Assembly: GCA_964036045.1 (NCBI GenBank)
Contig: OZ038379.1
Span: 65,596,001 to 65,660,000 of the forward strand
Length of the DNA: 64,000 nt
Direction: 5' to 3'
From: Eutreptiella sp. 'Long Island Sound 2002'
Lineage: Eukaryota > Protista > Euglenida
Shown here: positions 63,010 to 64,000 of the stretch, in pieces
Layout of the letters: each line of letters starts with the position of its first letter
Position numbering within the stretch: the first letter of the stretch is position 1
Position numbers and translations under genes: made by a program
The notes under the pieces: generated by a model
The model's database searches: none
Told to the model about the DNA's origin: nothing
The model's input: the letters and a program-made list of their open reading frames with translations, nothing else

Positions 63010-63700
63010 TCAAGCCTGTTGGTGCATGATCAAATGCACCCCGACATCCTTGACATCTAGACTAATGCCCTTTTTCTTGAGATAGTTCAACCACACCGTG
63101 GTATACCTCGGCAGAAAACTGCTCGGAGGCTGCCACAAGTCTCGGGAAGCGGCAAATCCTTTCCAACGAACCTTGTATAGCCTGCCCCCCCCGCGGGGCG
63201 GGGTCCAGCTTGTCTGTTAGGATTTGCTCCGCGGTATAGTCATCCTCCTCACCGTCATAGTCGGGGTCCAGGTCTCCCGGCGTGAACTTAAACGTCACCG
63301 CAAGCCCACTGGGAGCCGGCGCCCATGGTCGGAGTTGTTTATGGTCTCGATCCAGGATTTTGGTGTCTCCCACCTCGAGGCCATACACATCTTGCCCAAT
63401 CTCGCGCACGATGACCCTTGGGATATACCACGATTGGTGGCGATGCCGGGTTAGTACGTCCTTGTGATGGCGCTCCACCCAAACGGTGTCCTTGAGGGAG
63501 TACTTGCGGATCTTGCCATCCTTGAAGTACTGTGCACTCCTCTCATGCTCATCATGCAAAGACTTGCAAACCTTGGCTGCAGTCACATCCATCATCATGG
63601 CGTCCACATCCTGAGCAACCTTGCCATGGTTCATCCATAGGAGAGTTCGAGACACTCGATCCCGTAGGAAGAAAATGCGGTGCGGAGACAGTCAGAAAAA
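63010..63700 (-). pseudogene. Ty3/Gypsy (chromovirus-like) integrase C-terminus with chromodomain, frameshifted
   Basis: LSPHRIFFLRD; YSLKDTVWVERHHKD...VIVREIGQDVYGLEV; DYTAEQILTDK; after a frameshift in a G-run near 63190, RLYKVRWKGFAASRDLWQPPSSF (chromodomain). No LTR identified. Confidence 0.85.
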
Positions 63701-64000
63701 GTCACTGCCATGTCCTTCTTGGGGGACTTGATCCAGGCCACCCCCCCCTGAAAGCCTTTTGTTGACGTCCAGATTAACTTAATCATTTTTGTCTTTCTTT
63801 TGAAGTTTAAAGCACACTTTCTCAAGGTAAGTAGGGTTATAACCCTAGCGCCCCATGAAGTTCACCCCTACCACTCAACTGAGCGGAGGTATCTTCCTTC
63901 ATGGAGGTTATGCCAAAATAAAGTAGGCACTTCATGCCTAAGGCCTTGTAGGTTAAGCCTAGTGGTCCCCCACCTCAAGACCCCTATGTTCAATGACTTC

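Overview
Eukaryotic, repeat-dense genomic DNA (canonical GT-AG introns, nested decayed transposons, satellites, long G/C homopolymers); the taxon cannot be determined from the sequence. I found no intact host housekeeping gene, rRNA, tRNA or CRISPR array. Recognisable by motif inspection (no HMM or BLAST was run): a decayed LINE (AP endonuclease + RT, ~60-2200, minus), a pogo/Tigger element with TIRs (3284-4818), a piggyBac pseudogene (~33900-34980), a hAT/ZNF862-like pseudogene (~45150-46090) and a Ty3/Gypsy integrase C-terminus with chromodomain (63010-63700). The main result is two distinct families of RAG1-core/Transib-like DDE transposase pseudogenes. Family 1 has five copies or fragments (~10225-11862 minus, 17710-19210, 20785-21730, 27920-28275, 38590-40400), a conserved intron and apparently conserved neighbouring accessory ORFs. 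Family 2 (48256-51960) is split by a 2.6-kb TIR element with an 8-bp TSD that carries a PHD-like zinc-finger ORF. Also present: a 15-bp G-rich satellite at the junction of a 1.7-kb tandem duplication, 170-bp and ~70-bp tandem repeats, a MITE-like insertion and a hairpin array. Most long GC-rich ORFs in the supplied track look spurious.
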